The notes beneath the pieces are model-generated. The model was not told where the DNA came from and did no database searches. It saw only the letters and a list, made by a program, of their open reading frames with translations. The translations under genes were made by a program, and so were the position numbers. This document shows positions 39,119 through 49,491 of a DNA stretch of 64,000 nt, in pieces; within the stretch, counting starts at the first letter, position 1; every line of letters starts with the position of its first letter. Source of the stretch: an uncultured Dehalococcoidales bacterium (GTDB taxonomy: Bacteria > Chloroflexota > Dehalococcoidia > Dehalococcoidales > UBA2162); contig CAYVOV010000011.1 in NCBI GenBank assembly GCA_964453525.1, positions 36,633 through 100,632 of the forward strand, written 5' to 3'.

Positions 39119-40246
39119 CTAGGAAGCTAGTAAGGTAGAATAAGCGTGTTCGATCTTTCTTACCATCTCTTGGATACTAAATCGTTCTCGTACCACTTCG
39201 TATGCGTTTTGGGACATCTTACTGTGTAAGACATCATCTTGAAGAATTTGTATTATCCTTTCCGCCAGTGCTTCTGGATTTCTGGGCGGGACCAGGAACC
39301 CGTTCAGACCATCCTCAACCACTTCCTGAATTCCGCCAACCTCAGGGGCTACAGCTGGTTTACCCATAGACATAGCTTCCAGAAGAGCCAGCGGAAGACC
39401 CTCGTATAATGATGACAGGACAAACAGGTCAAATATAGGTATTATATTTAAAACATCTTTCCGAAACCCTGTAAAAATAACACGGTTTCTTATTCCCAGC
39501 CTTGCTGCCAACTCTTCCAAACGGCGAATCTCGCCGTTCATATCATCGCGCCCCACGATTACGAAGGTAACATCAGAGCAGCGGTCGAGTACGATTTTTA
39601 CAGCTCGTACCAGATAGTCATGCCCCTTTTCAGGCCGAATATGAGCTACGTTTCCTACCACTTTATGATTAGGCGGAATGCCCAGGACTTCCTTGGTCTT
39701 ATCCGGCCGTCCTCCGATTGTGCTTCCACTGTTCAAGTCTACTCCGTTGCGTATGACAAGAAGCTCATTCCGACTTGTGATTCGATGCTTTCTTATAGAA
39801 TGCTGTACTTCCTCCGATACTGCAATAGTAATTCCGGCTAGCGGGTAGGTAAGCAGATTCAATAACCTGGTAAGAGGATGATACATCTCCATAACACTGT
39901 GTTCGGTGTAAACTATACCCTTTACCCCAGCCAAACGGCCAATCACCCGTCCTAAAATACCGCTGTAAGGCAGGTGAAGGTGTAGTATCTGCGGTTTGCG
40001 GTCCCTTAGTAGACGAAACAGCCTGTAAGGCCCTCTGGGATCCAAAGTAGTTTTCAAATCGAGGCAGAAAACCGGGATATCAGCGTTTTTGAACTCCGGC
40101 ACGAGGTCATTATTCTGAGAAAGACAATAAGCCACCTCGTAGTCAAACGCATCACGGTTAATGTGGGGAATAGCCGTGGTCAAGAGTCTCTCCGCACCAC
40201 CCGGGTCCAAGCCTTTTATAAGCCACAGAACTTTACTACGAGCCAT
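39119..40246 (-). CDS. Glycosyltransferase family 4
   Basis: GGAER, EKGH and EGLPLALLEAM motifs. Confidence 0.9.
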   Translation of the reverse strand: MARSKVLWLIKGLDPGGAERLLTTAIPHINRDAFDYEVAYCLSQNNDLVPEFKNADIPVFCLDLKTTLDPRGPYRLFRLLRDRKPQILHLHLPYSGILGRVIGRLAGVKGIVYTEHSVMEMYHPLTRLLNLLTYPLAGITIAVSEEVQHSIRKHRITSRNELLVIRNGVDLNSGSTIGGRPDKTKEVLGIPPNHKVVGNVAHIRPEKGHDYLVRAVKIVLDRCSDVTFVIVGRDDMNGEIRRLEELAARLGIRNRVIFTGFRKDVLNIIPIFDLFVLSSLYEGLPLALLEAMSMGKPAVAPEVGGIQEVVEDGLNGFLVPPRNPEALAERIIQILQDDVLHSKMSQNAYEVVRERFSIQEMVRKIEHAYSTLLAS

Positions 40247-40348
40247 CGCCCTTGTTTTTTCTTTCCTTAAAAACCTGGCTATTCTGAGCCGGTACTGTCG
40301 GATGAGATGTAAGACAGGTTTTTGCCCAGCATAGCTCTATAAATACTG

Positions 40349-41842
40349 CTATTTAACTTGAAGTGGTTTATCGTTTCTCAATGCAACGATTATTCGAACC
40401 GGTCCAGATTTAAACCACCACCAGAGGGCAAAACTTATTCCAATATATACCACCAGATTTAATGCAAGTATGAGGACTAATCCCATGAGGTTTTCGGAAT
40501 GGCTGAATCCAACTGTTATGGAAATAACTCCCACTGCTAGACTAAGAATAACCGAAGCCATCGAGGCCTTTAAAAAGTCCTTAACAGGTATATTCACGTG
40601 CGTTTTTATATAGCGTAGCGCAAACGGTATTGCCAGCAGAGCACCGCCTAGCATTGCTAATGCTGCTCCGTTTATCTCCATTAGCCTAGTAAGTGGATAT
40701 ATAAGAATACCGGCCACAGCAATCTGGACCAGATTCAATTGCATATGGAGTCTTGGCTTGCCGATAGCCTGTAACAGTGCCCCACATATTCTTATCAGTG
40801 AAGTGAAAAAACCTGCCATCGCCAATATCCTTACTGCTGTTACTGCTGGTAACCACTGTGGCCCGAGTACTACTTGAACAATTCCGCCCGCCAGTATTAA
40901 TACTAATATACTTAGAGGCAGAGTCAGGCAGGCCGTATTCTCCCACGTAGTGAGGAACGTCTGGCGTAATCGGGACAGGTCAAGCTGAAGCTTGGAATAA
41001 GCCGGGAAAACTACCTGAGAAATTGCCTGGCTCAGTTCTCCGGTGGCTGTATTGGATATGGTGGAACCAACCTGGTAGAGCCCAAGTGATGCCGAACCAA
41101 TAACTTTCCCTATTACGCCTTTATCTAGCTGGGCGGAGAGAAAAGTCAACAACGTGCTTAAATAAATCCACCTTCCGAAGGTATAAAGCTGCTTTGCTTT
41201 CTGAAAATCAAATCGAAGTCGGGGTCGGTAGGGGTGAAGCACATATGATAATATCGTAGCTACAATATCGCCTGCGATAACACCCCAAACGAGCGCCCAT
41301 ACATTCTTCCATAATAATGCTAATATCACAGATGTTACGAAAACAGCTAATGTCCTGCCGAAGTCATAAATGAATAACTTATGGAACTCTAAATCTTTTT
41401 GAAAGTATATTATTCCTTGATTTGCAAACCCCTTCAGTAACATTACGGAACCAATAACTTGAATTACGGATTTGGCTTCCATTGTGTCAAAGAAACCAGC
41501 CACGTATCCGGCGCTCAGGTACAAAACTACGGCAATAATAGCGCCTCTAATAATGGAAACCGTCCAGGCCGTATCCAAATAACTGGTAATATCTTCTTTT
41601 TTCTGTATTAACGCTTCTCCGAAGCCCGTTATGGAGAAAGCCTGTACAAAAGCCAGGCTCAGCATAGCGATGCCTAACAAGCCGAAGTCATTTGGCGTAA
41701 GAATTCTTGCCAGTACTACAACCCGGGCTAAGTTAATTAACCTGTCTGCAGCACGGAAAGTTATTGACCAAATCCCGGCGCTTACGACCCGGTGTGAAAA
41801 CCTTGAACCTGGAATTATGAGTGTTTGAAATCTGCGTAACAA
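40349..41842 (-). CDS. WzxC-like lipid-linked oligosaccharide flippase
   Basis: LARILTPNDFG, ALIQ and IGSASLGLY motifs typical of the PST family. Confidence 0.9.
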   Translation of the reverse strand: MLRRFQTLIIPGSRFSHRVVSAGIWSITFRAADRLINLARVVVLARILTPNDFGLLGIAMLSLAFVQAFSITGFGEALIQKKEDITSYLDTAWTVSIIRGAIIAVVLYLSAGYVAGFFDTMEAKSVIQVIGSVMLLKGFANQGIIYFQKDLEFHKLFIYDFGRTLAVFVTSVILALLWKNVWALVWGVIAGDIVATILSYVLHPYRPRLRFDFQKAKQLYTFGRWIYLSTLLTFLSAQLDKGVIGKVIGSASLGLYQVGSTISNTATGELSQAISQVVFPAYSKLQLDLSRLRQTFLTTWENTACLTLPLSILVLILAGGIVQVVLGPQWLPAVTAVRILAMAGFFTSLIRICGALLQAIGKPRLHMQLNLVQIAVAGILIYPLTRLMEINGAALAMLGGALLAIPFALRYIKTHVNIPVKDFLKASMASVILSLAVGVISITVGFSHSENLMGLVLILALNLVVYIGISFALWWWFKSGPVRIIVALRNDKPLQVK

Positions 41843-41991
41843 ATTACTTTCAATATATTTCTGAATTTTTATGAAGAGATGAAATTTTTAATCGTAAATG
41901 ACAAAAAATCAGTTGATTACTAATCAATTCAATTTGCGACCTGCTTATAAGTCAGGTGCCTCCATAGCCTGTAATTGGTTTAGTTAAATTT

Positions 41992-43011
41992 TTATAGCGG
42001 TAGGCAAGCAATGATTCGGCCAAATGCATCCCATGTAAGTAAAGGAATCTTCATGGAAGGTTTTACCCAGGTAGCACCAAGGCGGGCAATTTGTTGTCCT
42101 CCGAACCTTCTCAAGAATCGTTCAAGCTTCGGAACCATAGAGCCTTCGAAGTCAAACTCTTCCAGGCCAAGTTCTTGCTTGCTGAATTCAATTGCTTTCC
42201 ATATCGCCAGTGAATAGGCACCGTGGTGCTTCTTTTCTGAATCGTAACCTCCCAGTATAGCGTAACTTCTCCTATTGTCCCAGACGATATAAAACGCAGC
42301 AATACAATCGCCGTCTTTATCCTTGGCTAAAAATGACTTGCACTGGTTACGTTTCGCCAGCACTTCATTATAGGCTTGACAGACCAATAATTCAGAACGG
42401 ACATTTCTGTTCTGCCGTGTATGAGTCTTTTCAACCAGACTGAGGGTTCTATTAAAATCGTCACTTATATCTATTGTTATGCCGTCTTTCTCGGCTTTCC
42501 TGATATCATTTCTTGCCGGGCGTTCCATATCTTCCCAAATGTCTTCCAGACTTTTATCTAGCTGGATTATATAGGTATACATGATGCTTGGTGAGAATTC
42601 TTCCCACAGGAATGGTTGTATATCAACAACTCCCAGCGAGCACATAAAATGCACGGAATGCAGATCGCTCTTAAGCTTCCGAGCGATTTCTTGGGTCGCT
42701 TCCTTTTCTGCTGATAATCTGGAGATATATTTACCATCACTTTCTCTCAGCAGGACTCCCGAATAGGGGGTCAGTAACGGTGGCGAGGCAAGCCTGACTC
42801 CAAATCTCCCACTTTGAGACAGAGGAATACCAGCATAGAGTTCTCCCTTCTTGAAGTAGCCGTATATGACAATTTTCCTCCCGGAGGCCTTAAGCCAGAA
42901 GCTTTTATGAAATAGTGTTCCCCGGGATGATTCATCTACAAGGTTATCCCAGAGTGAGTATTCATTTTCATTTAGAAGGCGTACTTCAGAATTCATTCGT
43001 ACCCTCTTCAT
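41992..43011 (-). CDS. GNAT/FemAB-like acyltransferase
   Basis: WDNLV, RNDIRKAEK and FDFEGSM motifs. Confidence 0.8.
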   Translation of the reverse strand: MKRVRMNSEVRLLNENEYSLWDNLVDESSRGTLFHKSFWLKASGRKIVIYGYFKKGELYAGIPLSQSGRFGVRLASPPLLTPYSGVLLRESDGKYISRLSAEKEATQEIARKLKSDLHSVHFMCSLGVVDIQPFLWEEFSPSIMYTYIIQLDKSLEDIWEDMERPARNDIRKAEKDGITIDISDDFNRTLSLVEKTHTRQNRNVRSELLVCQAYNEVLAKRNQCKSFLAKDKDGDCIAAFYIVWDNRRSYAILGGYDSEKKHHGAYSLAIWKAIEFSKQELGLEEFDFEGSMVPKLERFLRRFGGQQIARLGATWVKPSMKIPLLTWDAFGRIIACLPL

Positions 43012-44033
43012 ACTGCGAAATGCCTGTAAATGTTCTCTGCCGAAGTTATCCAGGCATTTTTTTCGTGGCAGTACTGTAGCATCCTCTCGTACATTTCGCC
43101 CATTCCATCAGTCACGAACATGTCGCCATGCCAAAGAATTGTAATGACGCCCTGGCAATTTTCGACAGTATCGATTAGTTTCTTAATAATATCCCATGTA
43201 CTGGTCAAATCTAACCTCATGTGAGTATTAAGGGTTTTATCCATAACAGTTAAAGGAATTTCCATGATATCTATGTATTCATCAGTGTTCAGGTTAAAAG
43301 GTTTGAAAGGATGGCACATACCGTTTCTAAATCCCACACAATCGGTATAGCCAAAAGTCGCATCGTATTTGAAACCGGCTTCTTTTAACAGCTCCCATGT
43401 CGTTGGCACTTGGAACGTAAGTAAATGATTTCTGCATCCAATGATTGTCTTACCGACAACGCTTTCCAGCTCTTCTTTCTCTTTTTTGAGTTTATTTATA
43501 TCTTTGTATGCTTCAGGTCCGACATGTAAACCTACTTCCCAGCCGCGATTAGTGATGTCCCTTAATTCCTCTTTTATTTCACCGATTTTGTAGCTAAAAT
43601 CAAGGTTGCCTTTGTCTAAGGCGAGGAAGTAAAAACTTGACTTTGCACCGTATCTTTCTTCAAGATCCATAATTCTTGTAAAGTCCGAAATAGGGTCCAG
43701 CTTTTTATTTACTTTGCTCAGCAATACGGTGAGAGATTTTCTGAACTGCAACCTTCGTAATGATTTTGCCGCTTCGTAGCTGATTGTCAGGTTCGTATTG
43801 CGAATTATATCGTAATCATGCGTCATACAGACTGCAAATCTCTTGTTGTCAGGGTATTCTACTTTTAGCCCGTTATTAATCAGGAATTGTGAGACCTCTG
43901 GTATTAATACATTTCTGTGTTTTGAGCAGTAATACGGAAATCTTCTATATTCATCTAAAAATGGAGCGTTATATTCTTCTCTTCTGGTAAACAGATCCCA
44001 GAGCCTTTTATTCGATTTTAATAGCTCAATCAT
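43008..44033 (-). CDS. Polysaccharide deacetylase family protein
   Basis: THDYD, EVGLH, GCRNHLL, GFRNG and ILWH motifs. Confidence 0.82.
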   Translation of the reverse strand: MIELLKSNKRLWDLFTRREEYNAPFLDEYRRFPYYCSKHRNVLIPEVSQFLINNGLKVEYPDNKRFAVCMTHDYDIIRNTNLTISYEAAKSLRRLQFRKSLTVLLSKVNKKLDPISDFTRIMDLEERYGAKSSFYFLALDKGNLDFSYKIGEIKEELRDITNRGWEVGLHVGPEAYKDINKLKKEKEELESVVGKTIIGCRNHLLTFQVPTTWELLKEAGFKYDATFGYTDCVGFRNGMCHPFKPFNLNTDEYIDIMEIPLTVMDKTLNTHMRLDLTSTWDIIKKLIDTVENCQGVITILWHGDMFVTDGMGEMYERMLQYCHEKNAWITSAENIYRHFAV

Positions 44034-44097
44034 GACATTCCTTAATAATGCTCCGAATTAATATCGTATCTATCGTCAATGACCAGAAATGAACTGG

Positions 44098-44853
44098 CTA
44101 TCGTTTACAGGAATTCCCATGGTCATCACAGCTAACGGAGCTAGAAACCGGGAGTCGAATATCCCCGGATGCTTTGATGATTTTGCTTGCCTGTGGTCCC
44201 GCATTAAACAGCAGGTCAATTGCAGCCATAGCCGGCTCGAATCCAGGGTATGTTTGTTTGTAAACGGGATGCTGGAATTCGAAGAATCTTAAATCTATGT
44301 TATTCTGGTGAAACTTTTCAACATCTAAATAATTCTTTCCACTCGGGCCAGATAGATATGTATCTGCGCCGATACTTTTTAGTATCGTTACCAGTAAGTT
44401 TGTGCCCTGCAACTCCGGAGCCAAATCCATTTCACGGGTTGTTATGACCTCTGTGTCAATTTCAAAACATCTCAATAAATAAGATATTATCTCCGCATTA
44501 ATTTGCCACAGGTACTCGAAATCCTTCTGGTATAATCCTTCGAAGAAATCCCGATAATGACTGAAGAACTCTGCCTTTGTATAATTTTGTGTAATCGTTT
44601 TCCAGTGAGTTTGCATCCACTTTTTATCTCCCGGAAGAGACACGTCATAAATTTTCAAGTCACTGTGGTTCCTGCCCACCGGTATCGTCAAATAAGTCCA
44701 TCCACCCATTGTTCTTATTTTGTTCCTGTTTATCACACTGTTCTGTGTGTACTGAACATCACCGACAATGACAAAACAATCTGAGTGTGCTATTTTGCTG
44801 AAAAGCCCAATCCAGGGTAGATAGTTCGGTTGGTGCATTGATACTGTCTTCAT
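44098..44853 (-). CDS. WbqC family protein
   Basis: MHQPNYLPWIG, NRNKI, YLSGPSG and DLLFN motifs. Confidence 0.92.
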   Translation of the reverse strand: MKTVSMHQPNYLPWIGLFSKIAHSDCFVIVGDVQYTQNSVINRNKIRTMGGWTYLTIPVGRNHSDLKIYDVSLPGDKKWMQTHWKTITQNYTKAEFFSHYRDFFEGLYQKDFEYLWQINAEIISYLLRCFEIDTEVITTREMDLAPELQGTNLLVTILKSIGADTYLSGPSGKNYLDVEKFHQNNIDLRFFEFQHPVYKQTYPGFEPAMAAIDLLFNAGPQASKIIKASGDIRLPVSSSVSCDDHGNSCKR

Positions 44854-44885
44854 TTTCCCATCAATAACAAAGAATATTGCAATGG

Positions 44886-46058
44886 TTAATCTGCCAAACT
44901 TGCACTCGTCTTGGTGCTATGCAAAATATTCTCCAGGGACTGCAGGACATAGGTTACTTCTTGCTCTGTCATTTGCTGAAACATTGGCAAACAGACCACC
45001 CTTGCCAGAGTCGCCTCAGCTACGGGGAACATACCTCTGCGGAATCCAAAAAGTTGCTGGTAAATTGGCTGGAGATGGCACAGGGGATCATATACAGAAC
45101 CTACACTTATACCATAATCTGCCTTCATCTTTATGACAAACTCTTGCTTATCTATGACTTTGGATAGGAGGACAGGATATTTATAATAACTGTGTCTGAT
45201 GTGTGGTGGTACCTCAAATGGTTTTACTCCTTCTAGGTTTGACAGGGCATCAGTATACTTCCGGGCTATCTCATTTCTCTGCCTGATATTGGTCTCCAAG
45301 GTCCTTAGCTGATAGATGCCTATTGCAGCGCTTATCTCATCCATCAGCCAATCATTGCCCAGGTTTACGATATTATTAAGGTCCCTGCCAACCACGTTAT
45401 CATTAAGGTCTCTATCAACACCGTGATGACGGAGGCTGATGGCATACTCAGCTAAGCTGTTATCATTGGTCGTAATCATTCCCCCGGTAGAGGTAGTCAT
45501 CACTTTGGTAGGATAAAATGAAAAACAGCCCGCATCTCCGAGGCTTCCTGCCTTCTGGCCTTTAAACGTAGCACCATGTGCATGAGCTACGTCCTCCATC
45601 AGAAAAAGGCCTTTCTCTTTACAAATTTTTTGGATTTCATTTGTTTCGGGACAAGGCAGACCAGCAATATGAACCATGATAACACCCTTGGTTTTTGGTG
45701 TTATCCTCTCCAAGAGGTCATCAGGGTCAAGACAGAGTGTATCAGCCTTTATTTCAGCCAGGATGGGAATTCCTCCGCTGTAGATTATTGCATTACCTGT
45801 GGCAATGAAAGTATTGGCCGGGATGATTACCTCTTTCCCGTCTACAGCGAAGTAGCGAAGAGCAATCTCCAGAGCCGCTGTGCATGAGCTAACGGCTACC
45901 GCGTGTTTTACACCACAATAGGTGGCAAAAGACTCTTCAAATTCCTCTGTATAGGGACCTAGGATCAATCGGCCGCTTCTTAAAATAGAGGTTATTTGAT
46001 GGGAAATAGAGTTTATAGCTTCTTCGCTAAAGTATGGTTTGGTTGATGGTATTTGCAT
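44886..46058 (-). CDS. DegT/DnrJ/EryC1/StrS aminotransferase
   Basis: SSCTAAL, EDVAHAHG and SFYPTKVMTT motifs. Confidence 0.92.
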   Translation of the reverse strand: MQIPSTKPYFSEEAINSISHQITSILRSGRLILGPYTEEFEESFATYCGVKHAVAVSSCTAALEIALRYFAVDGKEVIIPANTFIATGNAIIYSGGIPILAEIKADTLCLDPDDLLERITPKTKGVIMVHIAGLPCPETNEIQKICKEKGLFLMEDVAHAHGATFKGQKAGSLGDAGCFSFYPTKVMTTSTGGMITTNDNSLAEYAISLRHHGVDRDLNDNVVGRDLNNIVNLGNDWLMDEISAAIGIYQLRTLETNIRQRNEIARKYTDALSNLEGVKPFEVPPHIRHSYYKYPVLLSKVIDKQEFVIKMKADYGISVGSVYDPLCHLQPIYQQLFGFRRGMFPVAEATLARVVCLPMFQQMTEQEVTYVLQSLENILHSTKTSASLAD

Positions 46059-46134
46059 ATCCGCCTGCCAGTATGTTAATTCAGTATCTCACTCCAGATA
46101 CAATCGTCACTTTCGGACTCATCCGTCTGCTTGC

Positions 46135-46767
46135 TCAGACTAACAATCTCACAAGTTCGAAAGCCTCAGCGTAAGGTATATCAACCTGTGCTCCGCGGGT
46201 AAGAGCCAACGAACGAATGTATTCGCTGTCAAAATAGCCTTTGTTACGCTGTGATTCATAACACTTCAGTACATCCAGTTTTTTCTCCAGGTGTTCCCTC
46301 TCGAGTCTGACAAAAATGTCGGTTTTGAAGCTAAGATTGTTCCATGGATGTTCGTATCCCCAGATTGAGGCTTCCTTTTTAAAAGCTCTCAACGCTTCCC
46401 AGCTTATTGTCATGTGGTCTTGATGAGTATCATTAAATGAAGGCGTTAGAACAAGCTCAGGTTTTATTTCATCCCTCAATTTTATCAATATGTCCAGTAT
46501 CTTCTGCCTGAATTCGGGGAAAGTTCTGACTTCAAAGTCTAGTATTATTACTTTGCTCTCAGGTATACCCATTACTTCAGCCGAATGATAGGCCTCTTTT
46601 TCTAAAATATTTTTGGGAAGCGTATCCGGCACGGAGGCCTCACAGGTAGAAAAAATAATATAATAAATATCTTTACCCTCCCCTATCCATCTGGCAACGG
46701 TGCCACCGGCGCCAAGTTCGCCATCATCGGTATGCGGGCTCAGTACCAGTATCCTGTTTAAATCCAT
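46135..46767 (-). CDS. PIG-L/LmbE family de-N-acetylase
   Basis: SPHTDD and DTHQDH motifs. Confidence 0.9.
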   Translation of the reverse strand: MDLNRILVLSPHTDDGELGAGGTVARWIGEGKDIYYIIFSTCEASVPDTLPKNILEKEAYHSAEVMGIPESKVIILDFEVRTFPEFRQKILDILIKLRDEIKPELVLTPSFNDTHQDHMTISWEALRAFKKEASIWGYEHPWNNLSFKTDIFVRLEREHLEKKLDVLKCYESQRNKGYFDSEYIRSLALTRGAQVDIPYAEAFELVRLLV

Positions 46768-46906
46768 TTTTCAACTACCTGCAATAATGAAGTATCACTA
46801 CAATACAGAACTAATGACGTTCTTAATATTTTCCTGGGCTTAACCTTATTTGTGGATTATATATCTCTATTTCGTTCGTGTTTATTATTAATTTTAAAGT
46901 TTAAAA

Positions 46907-47920
46907 CTAGCTCTCATATATCTCAATGAGTTGATTAACAATGTGATTCACGTCGTGCCATTTTTCCACGTACGCCCGACCCTGCTGCCCCAGGCTCCTG
47001 CGGAGTTCCCTATCACGTATCAACGTTTCGAGCTTTTCCGTCAGGTCTCTGGGAGTAGCGCTGACTATTGGCAGATCCTTACGCTGATTTGACAGCTCGG
47101 GATTTATATAGGAAACGACCGGCTTGCCTAAAGCCATCAATTCTACGGATATTGTCCCGTACCAACCTACAGGTGTTAAACTATCTATCCCTATCTGGCA
47201 TGCCTTATATAAGGCAATGACTTCGCGATGAGGAACATTTTCAATAGTAAATAGCTCAACCGGGTAGCCCCTTGATTTTAAATCTTCAACCACCCTTTTG
47301 ATAACTTCGTTACCCTTATTGCTTGTGAAAGGGTGCATGATTCGTATTACTTCAGGACTCTCTCCCAGTGGCTCAAGCTGATAGTCCCACAGAGACAGGT
47401 CAATTGCCTGTGGAACCAGCTTTGCCTCAGGTACAATTTCAAGCATATCAGGCGTCGATACAAACATACTATCGGCATAACGCCGCCAGCGCTCAAGATT
47501 TTTACGCTGCCACGGATTCTGAATAGGAGGAGGTATAGAGTAATCTTCATAACCAAGAAAGTACTTATCCGGGTGAAGAGCAAAGGTTTGACTCCGGATA
47601 TCTGAGCCACGAAAGTGCACGAATACTTTTTTACCCGTCCGCTTTAAAAACGGCAGGTCTAACCGCCAAGGTAAAAGACTCTTCCCGTAAAAAAAGTGGA
47701 AAATATCATAGTTCTGTATAGCCCAGACTGTTAAGAGGCTCTGCTGTATAGCTTTTTGCAACCGGGACTGCTTGCCATTACGACTTATATTCACATCGTT
47801 AATCACAGCAACTGGCGGTTCGTAGCAAACCGCAGTTGCCATATGACCTCTTTTTCGGAAAGCCTCCGCTAAGAGTTGCATTTGAACGCCGATTTCTTCG
47901 GGAGCAAAGAGAATTCTCAC
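46907..47920 (-). CDS. Glycosyltransferase (GT4-like)
   Basis: HFRGSDIR and VELMALGKPV motifs; GTG start with an AAGGAG RBS. Confidence 0.8.
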   Translation of the reverse strand: MRILFAPEEIGVQMQLLAEAFRKRGHMATAVCYEPPVAVINDVNISRNGKQSRLQKAIQQSLLTVWAIQNYDIFHFFYGKSLLPWRLDLPFLKRTGKKVFVHFRGSDIRSQTFALHPDKYFLGYEDYSIPPPIQNPWQRKNLERWRRYADSMFVSTPDMLEIVPEAKLVPQAIDLSLWDYQLEPLGESPEVIRIMHPFTSNKGNEVIKRVVEDLKSRGYPVELFTIENVPHREVIALYKACQIGIDSLTPVGWYGTISVELMALGKPVVSYINPELSNQRKDLPIVSATPRDLTEKLETLIRDRELRRSLGQQGRAYVEKWHDVNHIVNQLIEIYES

Positions 47921-48012
47921 AATAGCTCCTTAGGGAACATCCAGATACTTAATGATATTATCTATAGTTTGCTTGTAGAGCCGTTCATTGTCTCTGGTGA
48001 CATATACTTTTC

Positions 48013-48945
48013 TCAGGCTGTGTAGACATCTTCTTTAACGAAACTGTGTCCATAGATATCCGCGTAAGTGTTATAAGCTTGTGTCCAACTCAAAAAGGTA
48101 GCTCCGTGCCCGGAAAGCAAACGCAAGAATGAAGATAGAAATTTTAAGTACTGCCTGTCTACTTCACCACCGGTAGTCACCGCCTGCCAGTTATGCATAT
48201 AGAAAGAAAGGAAAATCGGCTCTCGGCTCTCAAGTAAAAGCCGACTCCGGAGTTTTAAAAAGGGAGCTATCCATCCGTCACCTATACAGCCTGTTACCGG
48301 AATTTCCAGAACACGTGTCCCTGCGGTAATCTTATTACGTATATCATCCCTGGCGGCATAATAAGCATTAGGCGCGGCCACCCGCCAGTGCCGTAACCTC
48401 CGTGGTACGGAGCTATCCATATATATAAGGTTCTTTTCTAACGCCGTAGCCAGATGAGTCGCATAATGGAGATCGCTAGTCCGGCAACCAACGGGATTAG
48501 CTCCGCAGACCTTCTTAAACTCGCTCGTCCCAGATGTAATTGACTCCATCACAAAGCCCGGGTCGAGATATGACCTGTTGAAATCCCAAAATCTGGGGTC
48601 ACCGTACGAGGAAACAGGGATATTTCCTTCTCCACCCAGCCAATCAAACATGGTAGGATGTAGACCCAGTTCGTCTCCACGGTCCTTGATTTGCTCAATT
48701 ATCGCCGGGAATTCTTTAACGAAAAAAACTGAATCCGGGTTAGCTGCCACGATGCCCTCTTTCAAGTTATGCTCTATGAGCCAGCAGACTTTCCCTCTTA
48801 CACCCGAGTCGTCGAAAACCTCAAAGAGTAATGGAATTCCTTTTGACCAGCCAGCGGTTTTAGTCCTATATTTTAATGAAGTGACATCGTGCTCGGTATC
48901 TACCGAGAGGATGACATAGACTTGCCTGCGACCTCTATTCATCAC
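48013..48945 (-). CDS. Polysaccharide deacetylase-like protein
   Basis: SVDTEHD, ELGLH, GCRT and MHNW motifs. Confidence 0.7.
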   Translation of the reverse strand: MMNRGRRQVYVILSVDTEHDVTSLKYRTKTAGWSKGIPLLFEVFDDSGVRGKVCWLIEHNLKEGIVAANPDSVFFVKEFPAIIEQIKDRGDELGLHPTMFDWLGGEGNIPVSSYGDPRFWDFNRSYLDPGFVMESITSGTSEFKKVCGANPVGCRTSDLHYATHLATALEKNLIYMDSSVPRRLRHWRVAAPNAYYAARDDIRNKITAGTRVLEIPVTGCIGDGWIAPFLKLRSRLLLESREPIFLSFYMHNWQAVTTGGEVDRQYLKFLSSFLRLLSGHGATFLSWTQAYNTYADIYGHSFVKEDVYTA

Positions 48946-49491
48946 TTATGCTTCCTCACTGATAGCCACCAGAGCCTGATTAGACCTCGCTACGATACAT
49001 CTTACATTTAGCCATAGCCAAAGCAGAAGGCGATTTAAAGCCTGGCCAACTCTGCCATTAATCCTGAGCTCCTTACCCTGTCCTTCGATTCGAATTACCC
49101 TTCCTAAAACCTGCCCTGAAAATACTGGCGCATCTGGGTGTCTTAGATTATCACCTCTGGTTGTCAGTACCAGTGAGCCATCGTTTCCTCTCTTGCTAAT
49201 CAGGCGGTGTGCGACGTGTCCTCCCCTAGCATGATGATAGAAAACAATATCCCCGATGCGTAATTTATTAGCCTCTTTAGGCTCCACCAGAATTATATCG
49301 CCGTTTCGGATAAAAGGAGTCATGCTATTGCCACGGGCGCAGAAGCGTAAGTAACTCCCCTGACCCAGTATGTCCGCAACCAAGCAATCGAAGAGCGAGT
49401 CACGCTTAATTCGCCCATCGCCCTTCGTTTTCTCCTCCTTTGGACCAGGCAGGACTCCATATTGCTGACCATTTATATTACGATAGCTCAT
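48946..49491 (-). CDS. S26/S24 family (signal peptidase I-like) peptidase without an evident TM anchor
   Basis: GNSMTP (catalytic Ser), VAHRL (His) and TRGDN motifs; the ATG overlaps the PqqD stop. Confidence 0.82.
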   Translation of the reverse strand: MSYRNINGQQYGVLPGPKEEKTKGDGRIKRDSLFDCLVADILGQGSYLRFCARGNSMTPFIRNGDIILVEPKEANKLRIGDIVFYHHARGGHVAHRLISKRGNDGSLVLTTRGDNLRHPDAPVFSGQVLGRVIRIEGQGKELRINGRVGQALNRLLLWLWLNVRCIVARSNQALVAISEEA

